From positions 1,173 to 29,048 of the forward strand of contig PSLL01000001.1 of assembly GCA_040289575.1 (NCBI GenBank): DNA of 27,876 bases, given 5' to 3'. The DNA is from Candidatus Dadabacteria bacterium (GTDB lineage: Bacteria > Desulfobacterota_D > UBA1144 > Nemesobacterales > CSP1-2). Of the stretch, positions 8,640 through 16,769 are shown piece after piece; the first letter of the stretch is position 1, and each line of letters starts with the position of its first letter. Under the pieces are notes generated by a model, which worked only from the letters and a program-made list of their open reading frames with translations, had not been told where the DNA came from and searched no databases. Position numbers and translations under genes: made by a program.

Positions 8640-9665
8640 ATGCGCGTAGCCATGTATTACAACAACCGAGATGTGCGTCTTGAGGAGATGCCGACCCCAA
8701 GGGTTGGTCCCGGCGAGATTCTAATACGTGTTTGGGCAAGTGGGATATGCGGAAGCGATGTAATGGAATGGTATCGTATACGCAAAGCCCCCCTTGTGCT
8801 GGGGCATGAGATTGCAGGCGAGGTGGTAGAGGTAGGGGAGGGGGTCAAAAAATTCAAATTGGGAGACCGGGTTTTTGCCACACACCATGTTCCCTGTAAT
8901 ACGTGTTACTACTGCCTGAGGGGCAATCACTCCGCATGCGATACGCTACGAACCACCCACTTTGATCCGGGGGGATTCGCAGAATACATCCGTGTGCCTG
9001 CCATAAATGTTGATCGGGGGGTGTTTCTTCTCCCCGACGGGGTTTCTTTTGAGGAGGGGTCATTTATAGAGCCCCTCGGTTGCGCTATACGCGGACAGAG
9101 GTTGGCAAGGTTTCAAACAGGGAGTAGTGTGCTCATTATTGGAAGCGGTATGACAGGGCTACTTCATCTTCAGGTTGCAATTTCTCAAGGCGCGGGACGC
9201 ATCGTTGCAACGGATATAAATGAATACAGGCTTGAGGCGGCACTGAGGTTTGGAGCCGATGCTGCCTTTCATGCTAATGAGGATGTACCGAAGCGTCTGC
9301 GTGAGATCAACGATGGAAGACTTGCCGATCTTGTTATTGTCTGCACAGGTGCATTATCGGCCATTGAACAGGCCTTCGGTTCTGTGGATCGGGGCGGCAC
9401 TATCCTATTCTTTGCCCCAGTAAATCCGGGAACTAAAGTCTCCATACCGTTTGATGAACTCTGGTGGGCCGGGGTTACTATGACCAGCTCTTATGCCGCA
9501 AGCCCCGCAGATATTGCCGTAGCTATAGAGCTTATCCGGTCTCGACGCGTGAATGTAAAGGATATGGTTACGCATAGGCTCCCTTTAGCCGAAACGGCAA
9601 GGGGCTTTCAGATGGTTGCCGACGCGAGGGATTCTATCAAGGTTATTGTCGAGCCGCAGAGGTAG
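8640..9665 (+). CDS. Zn-dependent medium-chain dehydrogenase (sorbitol/threonine dehydrogenase-like)
   Basis: GICGSD, GHE, structural Zn site CNTCYYC...C, EPLGC, GSGMTG; probable start ATG 8640. Confidence 0.92.
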   Translation: MRVAMYYNNRDVRLEEMPTPRVGPGEILIRVWASGICGSDVMEWYRIRKAPLVLGHEIAGEVVEVGEGVKKFKLGDRVFATHHVPCNTCYYCLRGNHSACDTLRTTHFDPGGFAEYIRVPAINVDRGVFLLPDGVSFEEGSFIEPLGCAIRGQRLARFQTGSSVLIIGSGMTGLLHLQVAISQGAGRIVATDINEYRLEAALRFGADAAFHANEDVPKRLREINDGRLADLVIVCTGALSAIEQAFGSVDRGGTILFFAPVNPGTKVSIPFDELWWAGVTMTSSYAASPADIAVAIELIRSRRVNVKDMVTHRLPLAETARGFQMVADARDSIKVIVEPQR

Positions 9666-9669
9666 CAGA

Positions 9670-10224
9670 TTATTTAATCAGCTTTGAGATTTTTTTGAAT
9701 TCCTCTGTTCCTGCGCGCTCAAGCAGTTGAAACACAAACGTTTCGGTCGTGCCTACAACAGCTCCGGCCCTATCCATAAATTTTATTCCAGTCTCCCAAT
9801 CGATCTCCTTTCTTGATGTTACGGCGTCGGCAGGGATATAAACCTTGTATCCGTCTTTAATCAAGTCCAATACCGTCTGAAGGACACATACGTGGGTTTC
9901 TATGCCGCACATAAGCACCTCGTTTCTCTTTGTGTTTTTTAGAGCCGCCTTAAAGTCCGAAGACCTTGCACAACTGAAGACGAGCTTTTCAATGGGCTTT
10001 GTTCCATCCCCAATGGCCTCTTTAATCTCACTAATGGTTAATCCCAATCCCCTAGGGTATTGCTCTGTGACTGTAATTGGAATTCCCAGCGTCTTTGCAG
10101 TCTCTATTAAGATCTTGGAATTTCTTGTAACCGATTCTCTCCTATCTTCCGGGATTACATTCATGAGTTTTTCCTGCATATCAACGACAACAAGCGAAAT
10201 CTTATCCCTTTGAATAAAGTCCAT
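9670..10224 (-). CDS. Isochorismatase-family cysteine hydrolase (YcaC/ISOC-like)
   Basis: VVDMQEKL, TEQYPRGLG, EKLVFS, GIETHVCVLQT (Asp-Lys-Cys triad). Confidence 0.92.
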   Translation of the reverse strand: MDFIQRDKISLVVVDMQEKLMNVIPEDRRESVTRNSKILIETAKTLGIPITVTEQYPRGLGLTISEIKEAIGDGTKPIEKLVFSCARSSDFKAALKNTKRNEVLMCGIETHVCVLQTVLDLIKDGYKVYIPADAVTSRKEIDWETGIKFMDRAGAVVGTTETFVFQLLERAGTEEFKKISKLIK

Positions 10225-10277
10225 TTTCCACCTCCACTATTTTTTAAATTAGCTACGAATAATTCGCAACTCACTTC

Positions 10278-11603
10278 TTATCCACTCTCTTCTGCCTTTT
10301 CTGTAACCGCCTTGACAAGGAGTTCAGTAACCCACTTGTTAATGCGCTCCTGTGTGGCACGACCGAGGATCTTTCTTACCCTTTTTAGAGGAATAATGGC
10401 CTTTGCAGCAGACCTATGCCCGCCTGCACTCCCAATTTCCCCAAAGATACTCCTTAGAAGCCGTCCTGCCCCTTTTACATATCCCACATTTCTTACAGAA
10501 ATAACCAGATGGGAGTTGCCGACTATACCAAGGGCTACAGACCACTCGACCCCCTTTACTTGGATGCCGAAATCGGCCATCTTGGGGATTAGGTATTCTC
10601 TTTTTACCCTTCCTAGATTGCCAAAAAAAATCCCTTGCGATACCCAGTGATTGGCAAGGGCCTGACCAAATAGCCTTATTTCGGACGGAGGCATCTCAGC
10701 GCGCTCAATGCGCCTGAGAAGTCCCAGATTTGCAATTGGATAAAGAAAGGTAAAGGCCTCAATATCATCCGGATTCGCATCACGATTCAGTGATACCGTA
10801 TCGGTTTTTATTCCGTAAAGAAGAGCGGTAGCAAGTCTTTCTGATATTTCCATCTGTGCCGCGCGGAGAAATTCGGTAAGGATTGTGGAAGTTGCGCCCT
10901 CCTGGGCTCTTATCTCAGAGAAACGGGTTTTATAAGAGGCTATCTGAGGGTGATGGTCAATCACAGTATCAACCCCCTCAATGAGATTTCCAAAGTAAGG
11001 CGGTTGAACATCAACAAGCGCAATTGAATCAAACTCCTTTATATCCGCCGGAACGAGCTTCTCAAGGTCAATTTCAAGGAGCTCTATCATGGCAACATTT
11101 TCGGGGCGGGATATTTTCTCTCCTAGGTGTCCGATTATGGCAGTCTGGCGGTTTCTTTTAAGTAGGGTTCTAAGGGCCAAGGCACTTGCAATTGAGTCTG
11201 GGTCGGGATTGTCATGGAGGAGAATCAGCATCTTTTTTGCTTCATTGTGCAGACGCCTTAGCTCTTCAACCCTTAGCTCTACCCTTGCCAGCCTCTCTTC
11301 ATGTGCGATTTCCTCTGAGAGGATCTTGTGAAAGGAGACAAACCTAGTATAAGAAGGTGGGTCTTGTGGTCTTTCGCTATTAGTTACGATTATTGGGGTC
11401 TGGGGAAAATGTGTGGAAAGCTCCTTTGAAGCATTGGCTGGGAAGTGTTCTTTCTCAACTACTATGACTGTAAAGTCCCCTGTTTGGTGTAGGGCCTCTT
11501 CAAATGAATTTACCCAGACAACCTCTCCTCTATCTGAAAGTCCGAAGAGAGAGGGGTCAAAGTTTCCTATAAATAGATACCTCGTTGTTGCTTCTTCTTG
11601 CAT
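10278..11603 (-). CDS. DHH/DHHA1 phosphoesterase with an extra N-terminal domain
   Basis: HDNPDPDSIAS, LVD, IDHH, GIKTDT, AGGH. Confidence 0.9.
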   Translation of the reverse strand: MQEEATTRYLFIGNFDPSLFGLSDRGEVVWVNSFEEALHQTGDFTVIVVEKEHFPANASKELSTHFPQTPIIVTNSERPQDPPSYTRFVSFHKILSEEIAHEERLARVELRVEELRRLHNEAKKMLILLHDNPDPDSIASALALRTLLKRNRQTAIIGHLGEKISRPENVAMIELLEIDLEKLVPADIKEFDSIALVDVQPPYFGNLIEGVDTVIDHHPQIASYKTRFSEIRAQEGATSTILTEFLRAAQMEISERLATALLYGIKTDTVSLNRDANPDDIEAFTFLYPIANLGLLRRIERAEMPPSEIRLFGQALANHWVSQGIFFGNLGRVKREYLIPKMADFGIQVKGVEWSVALGIVGNSHLVISVRNVGYVKGAGRLLRSIFGEIGSAGGHRSAAKAIIPLKRVRKILGRATQERINKWVTELLVKAVTEKAEESG

Positions 11604-11672
11604 GTCTTATACTTAGACTGTGACTATTTAGCCACTAGTGAACATGAATAAATAATCAATTCGTATCCAAAT

Positions 11673-12491
11673 CTAGGCTTTAGACTCAGAGGTACGATAG
11701 CACGCCAGGCTTAGCCCCTTTACAAATCCTGAAATTTCTCTGAAGAGTCCTTTTCCATTACTGCCGTACTTTTCAATTATCCTGACAAGGGCACTTCCTA
11801 CAATCACAGCATCCGCAAATTTAGCAATCTTCCCTGCCTGATCCGGTGTTGATACCCCGAGCCCAATTCCCACAGGGAGTTTTGTGTATTTCTTGATTTC
11901 TCCGACAAGTGCTTCGAGTGAATAATCCATATTCGGCCTTTCTCCGGTAACCCCGGTTGTAGAGACTAAGTAGACAAATCCGGTTGCCCGCTCCCCAACG
12001 AGTCTCATCCTCTCAGCCGTACTTGTAGGGGCGAGAAGAAACACCATGTCGAGTCCCATTTTATCTGTGTGAATTTTAAACTCATCTGCCTCTTCGGGAG
12101 GAAGGTCTACTACAAGAACACCATCTGCACCTGCATCGCGCGCGTCTTTAGAGAATTTTTGAAGTCCATAAGAAAGAAAAGGATTGTAATAACCAAAAAG
12201 TATAATTGGAATCTCTGAATATTTCCTAATTTTGATTACAGCATCGAGCACGCCGTGGAGGGTTGTGCCGCTTCGGAGCGCTCTTTCAGATGCAAGCTGT
12301 ATTGCAGGACCATCGGCCATCGGGTCTGAAAACGGAATCCCTAATTCGATTATATCGGCACCGCTTTTTTCAAGATTAAGCGCTATGTCCGGCGTTAATT
12401 CCAGGGATGGGTCGCCTGCCGTAATATATGTAACTAGAGCCGCTCTTTTCCTTTCCCTGAGTTCTTTAAATTTATCCCGGATTCTCATCAT
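11673..12491 (-). CDS. trpA: Tryptophan synthase alpha chain
   Basis: YITAGDP, ELGIPFSDPMADGPAIQ, DLPPEE, GVTG, VIVGSA; start 12491 or 12488. Confidence 0.97.
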   Translation of the reverse strand: MMRIRDKFKELRERKRAALVTYITAGDPSLELTPDIALNLEKSGADIIELGIPFSDPMADGPAIQLASERALRSGTTLHGVLDAVIKIRKYSEIPIILFGYYNPFLSYGLQKFSKDARDAGADGVLVVDLPPEEADEFKIHTDKMGLDMVFLLAPTSTAERMRLVGERATGFVYLVSTTGVTGERPNMDYSLEALVGEIKKYTKLPVGIGLGVSTPDQAGKIAKFADAVIVGSALVRIIEKYGSNGKGLFREISGFVKGLSLACYRTSESKA

Positions 12492-12522
12492 ATTTTTGTG
12501 TGAGGACAACCGTTCGCCAAGT

Positions 12523-12548
12523 GTAGGGACACAGTATGCCGTGCCCTA
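12523..12548. repeat. Degenerate GTAG-type REP-like palindrome
   Basis: GTAGGGACACAGTATGCCGTGCCCTA in the trpB-trpA spacer. Confidence 0.5.
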
Positions 12549-12592
12549 TCAATCTTATTAAGTCTATCTTTAGGGTACGTAAACCTCAAGTT

Positions 12593-13795
12593 CTATAATT
12601 CTGCCTCTAGAGCCTTAGCCACGACCTGAATATCCTTATCGCCACGTCCTGAGAGGCAGATTATAATTACCGAATCCTTAGGCATATTAGGAGCTATTTT
12701 TATGGCATAAGCTATTGCATGAGCGGACTCAAGCGCGGGGATTATCCCCTCGGTTTGAGAGAGGAATTTAAATCCCTCCAGGGCCTCTTTGTCAGTCACG
12801 GTGGTATATGAAACTCGCCCTGAGTCTTTTAGATACGAGTGCTCAGGGCCTACTCCGGGGTAATCAAGCCCCGGGGCTATTGAATGGGTTCCCTTCACCT
12901 GGCCGTCTCTGTCTTGGAGCAGGTATGTTTTGCTGCCGTGGAGAACCCCAGGCCTTCCGGCGGCAAGGGTTGCTGCATGTTGTTCGGTCCTAAGTCCCGA
13001 TCCTGCAGCCTCTACCCCGGTCATTTTTACCTCTTCGTCTTCAAGAAATGGATAAAAAAGCCCCATAGCGTTTGACCCGCCTCCAACGCAGGCAATGAGA
13101 AGGTCTGGGAGCCTCTCTTCTTTTTCGAGAATCTGCCTTCTTGCCTCTTCCCCAATTATAGACTGGAAATCCCTTACCATCATAGGATATGGATGAGGTC
13201 CAGCTACGCTTCCGATTATATAGAATGTCGTTCTTACATTTGTTATCCAATCTCTCATAGCCTCATTCATCGCATCCTTGAGGGTTTGGGTTCCAGAGGC
13301 CACCTCTCTTACCATTGCTCCGAGCAGCTTCATACGAATTACGTTGAGAGTCTGTCTCTTTGTATCCTCAAGCCCCATAAATATCTCGCATTCCATCTTA
13401 AGAAGCGCGGCAACTGTAGCTGTAGCCACCCCATGTTGTCCTGCTCCGGTTTCCGCTATAATCCTCTTCTTTCCCATACGCAATGCAAGAAGTGCCTGAC
13501 CCATAGTATTATTAATCTTGTGGGCGCCTGTGTGTGCCAGGTCTTCGCGTTTTAGATAAACCTTTGCTCCGCCGAGCTCCTGTGTCATTCTCTCTGCAAA
13601 GTAAAGTGGTGTAGGGCGACCGACATATTCTCTGAGATAATAGTTTAGTTCCTCTTTGAATTTTGGGTCATCTTTTATCTCAAGATAAGCCCTTTCTAGA
13701 TTGATTAAGGCGGGAATAAGGGTTTCCGAAACGTATCTGCCGCCGTAGATTCCGAAATATCCCCTTTCATCGGGGAGTTTCAATTTAGGTTTCAT
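12593..13795 (-). CDS. trpB: Tryptophan synthase beta chain
   Basis: [15 protein letters not shown] (PLP Lys), [35 protein letters not shown]. Confidence 0.99.
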   Translation of the reverse strand: MKPKLKLPDERGYFGIYGGRYVSETLIPALINLERAYLEIKDDPKFKEELNYYLREYVGRPTPLYFAERMTQELGGAKVYLKREDLAHTGAHKINNTMGQALLALRMGKKRIIAETGAGQHGVATATVAALLKMECEIFMGLEDTKRQTLNVIRMKLLGAMVREVASGTQTLKDAMNEAMRDWITNVRTTFYIIGSVAGPHPYPMMVRDFQSIIGEEARRQILEKEERLPDLLIACVGGGSNAMGLFYPFLEDEEVKMTGVEAAGSGLRTEQHAATLAAGRPGVLHGSKTYLLQDRDGQVKGTHSIAPGLDYPGVGPEHSYLKDSGRVSYTTVTDKEALEGFKFLSQTEGIIPALESAHAIAYAIKIAPNMPKDSVIIICLSGRGDKDIQVVAKALEAEL

Positions 13796-14399
13796 TTCTT
13801 ACCGCCTCTATGAATTTTTTTAACCTCTCGGGGTTTTTCTTTCCGGGATAATCCTCAACGCCTGAGCTAACATCAACCCCGTAGGGATTCACTATACGAA
13901 TTGCCCGAGACACATTCTCCGGGGAAAGCCCGCCTGAGAGGATTATCCTCTTTGATGCGTTTAAGCCCTTTAGAATCTCCCATCTGAAACTCTCCCCTGT
14001 TCCCCCATAGCCCTTTGTTGAGTATGTATCAAGGAGAATCACCGGGACGGGAAAGGATTCTATTTCTTCAGGGTTTATATCTTCTCTGACTCGGATTGTT
14101 TTTATCACTCCCCTTCCGAGTCTCTTACAGAGAACCGGTGATTCATCTCCGTGGAGCTGAAATAAATCAAATCCCGACTCTTCTTTTATATTTTTAATCT
14201 CGTCTAGATCCTGATTCACGAAGACTCCGACTGTCGTAATAAACGGAGGCAATTTTGAAATAATCTCGTGTGCCCTTTCAGGTCTAATATATCTCTTACT
14301 TTCCTTATAAAAAATAAACCCAATCGCATCGGCTCCTAATTCCACGGCCAAAAGGGCATCCTCTTCATTAGTAATTCCGCAGATTTTAATCTTAACCAC
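13785..14399 (-). CDS. trpF: Phosphoribosylanthranilate isomerase
   Basis: [39 protein letters not shown] start. Confidence 0.97.
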   Translation of the reverse strand: MVKIKICGITNEEDALLAVELGADAIGFIFYKESKRYIRPERAHEIISKLPPFITTVGVFVNQDLDEIKNIKEESGFDLFQLHGDESPVLCKRLGRGVIKTIRVREDINPEEIESFPVPVILLDTYSTKGYGGTGESFRWEILKGLNASKRIILSGGLSPENVSRAIRIVNPYGVDVSSGVEDYPGKKNPERLKKFIEAVRNET

Positions 14400-14408
14400 A
14401 GAAGGATA

Positions 14409-14437
14409 ATTATAAGAGTTGAAACAGTGTGTGTAAA
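14409..14437 (-). promoter_or_regulatory. Sigma70 promoter for trpFBA (near-leaderless transcript)
   Basis: TTTACA (14437-14432), 17 nt, TATAAT (14414-14409), 9 nt before GTG 14399. Confidence 0.65.
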
Positions 14438-14849
14438 CAGGAGAGGACTATATCCACCAACGTTTATGAACTATAACCTTTTCATATTCTATTTAGAGAT
14501 CTTAAACAAATGGCTTCCTTACTCTCGGGAATACAGGCATCCTTGACTTTTTCAGCCTTGCTTCCAAAGGCTGTTTTGACGTGTCCACTTACCAATGCAT
14601 GCATATGTTAATCAGATGGGTACAACCAACCCAACTTTTCTTTTTTACTCTAGCTTGTCCTATTGTTCCATTGTCAAAGTAGAGCAATACATACTCTATC
14701 TTTAGGATTGAAATATTTTTTATTAGAAACTCCAATGGATATTCTGACTTCCCTATTGTCATTGGGAGCTTATTTTTCATGGTTGCTTTACCGGAATTAA
14801 ACCACAGTGGACACACAAGCAATTTATCTTTCAATATCTTTCTTCTTAT

Positions 14850-15281
14850 TCATTCGTCTTCTATTTGTAGCCAATCAATTTCTTTGAAGTCCTTATCAAA
14901 AGTCGCTATTTCTTCTATTGTATTTTCTTTCATGGCAATACTCACTAAGGCATCGTGATAGTTTAATCTTCCATCAGTTTTTATCATGAGTTCGACTATG
15001 CTGTTATGGAGCTTACCAACAAGAGGATAAGCTCTTATTATCTCAAAGCTCTCTAACTCGCCTTTAATTTTACCTACTATTTTTGCAAACCTGGTTTTTC
15101 TTTCTGCACTTCTTCTTGCAAGGACTGTATAGACCTCGTTCAGGATACAGTCCATTAATGATAAATCTTTTTCTTCATTCTCTAACCTTTTTATAAGTTT
15201 TAAGGCGTTATTGTGATGAACGTCCTTGATGTCCAAAAGAGCAACTACAATGTTCGTATCTATAACAATCTTTTTATTCAT
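14850..15281 (-). CDS. vapC: VapC-like PIN-domain ribonuclease toxin
   Basis: IVIDTN, ILNEV, LNYHDAL, IATFDKDF; all four acidic PIN residues present. Confidence 0.92.
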   Translation of the reverse strand: MNKKIVIDTNIVVALLDIKDVHHNNALKLIKRLENEEKDLSLMDCILNEVYTVLARRSAERKTRFAKIVGKIKGELESFEIIRAYPLVGKLHNSIVELMIKTDGRLNYHDALVSIAMKENTIEEIATFDKDFKEIDWLQIEDE

Positions 15282-15636
15282 AATATGGTTCGGAGTCCTT
15301 TATACTATCTCCGCCAAGAGATAGAGTACCTGCAAGGCTAGATAATTTCTTTTTCTTCGGGGGCCTTTTTTTCTCCTCGCCTACTGTCTTGAACCCTAAT
15401 CTTCTGAGAATTCTTACAGCATCCATAGTAGTAAAATCCATTCTAGTAAAGGTTTCATTGCTATTTTTAAACTTCATTCTCAAGAGATTAAAGATTACCT
15501 CTTTCGGTGGATAGTAACGTCCTTCTATGTCCACTGCATACTTTCTACCCCAACCTTCCGAAATATCCTTTGTTGCTTTCTTTACCTCTTCTGGATTTAC
15601 TTTGAATTCCACACCCCTGAGTCTGGTTTTCATCAT
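15274..15636 (-). CDS. Putative antitoxin with a non-canonical N-terminal domain
   Basis: Overlaps the toxin start by 8 nt; GGAGG RBS; C-terminal tail LSSLAGTLSLGGDSIKDSEPYYE resembles VapB neutralising tails. Confidence 0.7.
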   Translation of the reverse strand: MMKTRLRGVEFKVNPEEVKKATKDISEGWGRKYAVDIEGRYYPPKEVIFNLLRMKFKNSNETFTRMDFTTMDAVRILRRLGFKTVGEEKKRPPKKKKLSSLAGTLSLGGDSIKDSEPYYE

Positions 15637-15649
15637 TAACCTCCAAAAA

Positions 15650-15689
15650 ATACTACTATCAGTTTAAAATAGATATAGTAGTATGTCAA
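15650..15689 (-). promoter_or_regulatory. Toxin-antitoxin operon promoter with overlapping inverted-repeat operator
   Basis: TTGACA (15689-15684), 17 nt, TAAACT (15666-15661). Perfect IR ATACTACTAT (15650-15659) / ATAGTAGTAT (15675-15684). Confidence 0.75.
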
Positions 15690-16730
15690 TTGGCTAATAA
15701 TATTAAATACATCCTTAATGGTCAGCCAACAAAGGCGTTTTCTTTTAAGCTGCTTGGGATGCTGGCTTCTATCGGTCACAAGAATGGAGTGGCTGAGATT
15801 CTGGGCTTTAAGCTGTCTGAATTTCCCGCCTGGTTCTTTTGGCGTGGGGTTTATCTGGCAAAACTCCCCACATTAGCGTGCAAGGTTGAGGTCGCAATTG
15901 ACTGGGCTTGGCAGATTTTCTTTCTGCCCAACATCGTGCAGTTACAAATGGCACGCACTGAACGGGCAAGACGGGCACACTACGCCGCGGGTGAGTTTAT
16001 TGTTCGAAATGGTGATCCGGGCGACCGATTCTTCGTGATCGAAAGTGGCAAGGCGGGTGTCTATATCGATGAGAACTCCCCGCCGATTGCAGTTCTCAAA
16101 GCCGGTGATTATTTCGGTGAGGGGGCGCTTCTGTCACCCGGTGGGAAGGGTGTGCCTATGGCTTCTGTGAAGGCGGAGACGGCCCTTAATCTAATTATGC
16201 TCGGTCGTAATGATTTCATTCAACTCTCGGAATCTTTAGGAGCGCTGCAAAAGGAATTCCACCGGTCTGTGTTGGTCTGAGGTGGCTATCAGAGATTTAT
16301 GGAAATGGTAAGGCACGAACCCTGGTTTTCGATTGCAAGGGTTTCAGAGGTCATGTCTCAGCCCGCTCAGGTTCTTCTAATCAGCCGTACTCTTGAGGAA
16401 GTCGTGGAACGGTTCCATGGGGGCAAACTGGGATACCCGGTGGTTGATGAAAATGGGATTCTACGCGGCTATTGCGGATGCTCTGAGCTGTATGAGGCCC
16501 TGAGTGGAGTTCTTTCAATTAGAACCCCTATATCCGACTTTATGCGGAAGGATACGCCTGCAATTGGTGAGAGTCAATCTCTGGTGGATGTGATACTCGT
16601 GCTTATGCGTGAGCAGATTGAAATACTTCCCGTTGTTTCTTCCGATGGCAGTGGAAGGATAGTGGGAGTTTTGAGTCCAATTGATGTCTTTCGAAAGGTG
16701 GTTGAGGTTTTAAAGACGCATCAGAATTGA
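15690..16730 (+). pseudogene. Remnant of a type II NADH dehydrogenase C-terminus + cNMP-binding + CBS-pair fusion
   Basis: FKLLGMLASIG...AWFFWRGVYLAKLP...DW is the NDH-2 C-terminus; GDPGDRFFVIESG and YFGEGAL mark the cNMP domain. The CBS ORF at 16299 is in the same frame after one TGA (16278-16280). No Rossmann motifs remain. Confidence 0.8.
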
Positions 16731-16769
16731 AGCCGATTATGTGCTTATATGTTTCCCTCGTGGTTCGAA

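Noticed and set aside
14553..14577. Hairpin CAGCCTT-N7-AAGGCTG followed by TTTT as the TA terminator
   Set aside because: The U-tract is on the plus strand, opposite to TA transcription, and no plus-strand gene precedes it.
14589..14834. 81-aa ORF downstream of vapC as a third TA component
   Set aside because: TTG start, no clear SD, no recognisable domain and AT-rich sequence; possibly a gene remnant but not supportable.
16278..16330. In-frame TGA as selenocysteine or programmed readthrough
   Set aside because: It lies in an interdomain linker rather than a Cys position, I see no convincing SECIS, and the gene is already 5'-truncated. A nonsense mutation is simpler.
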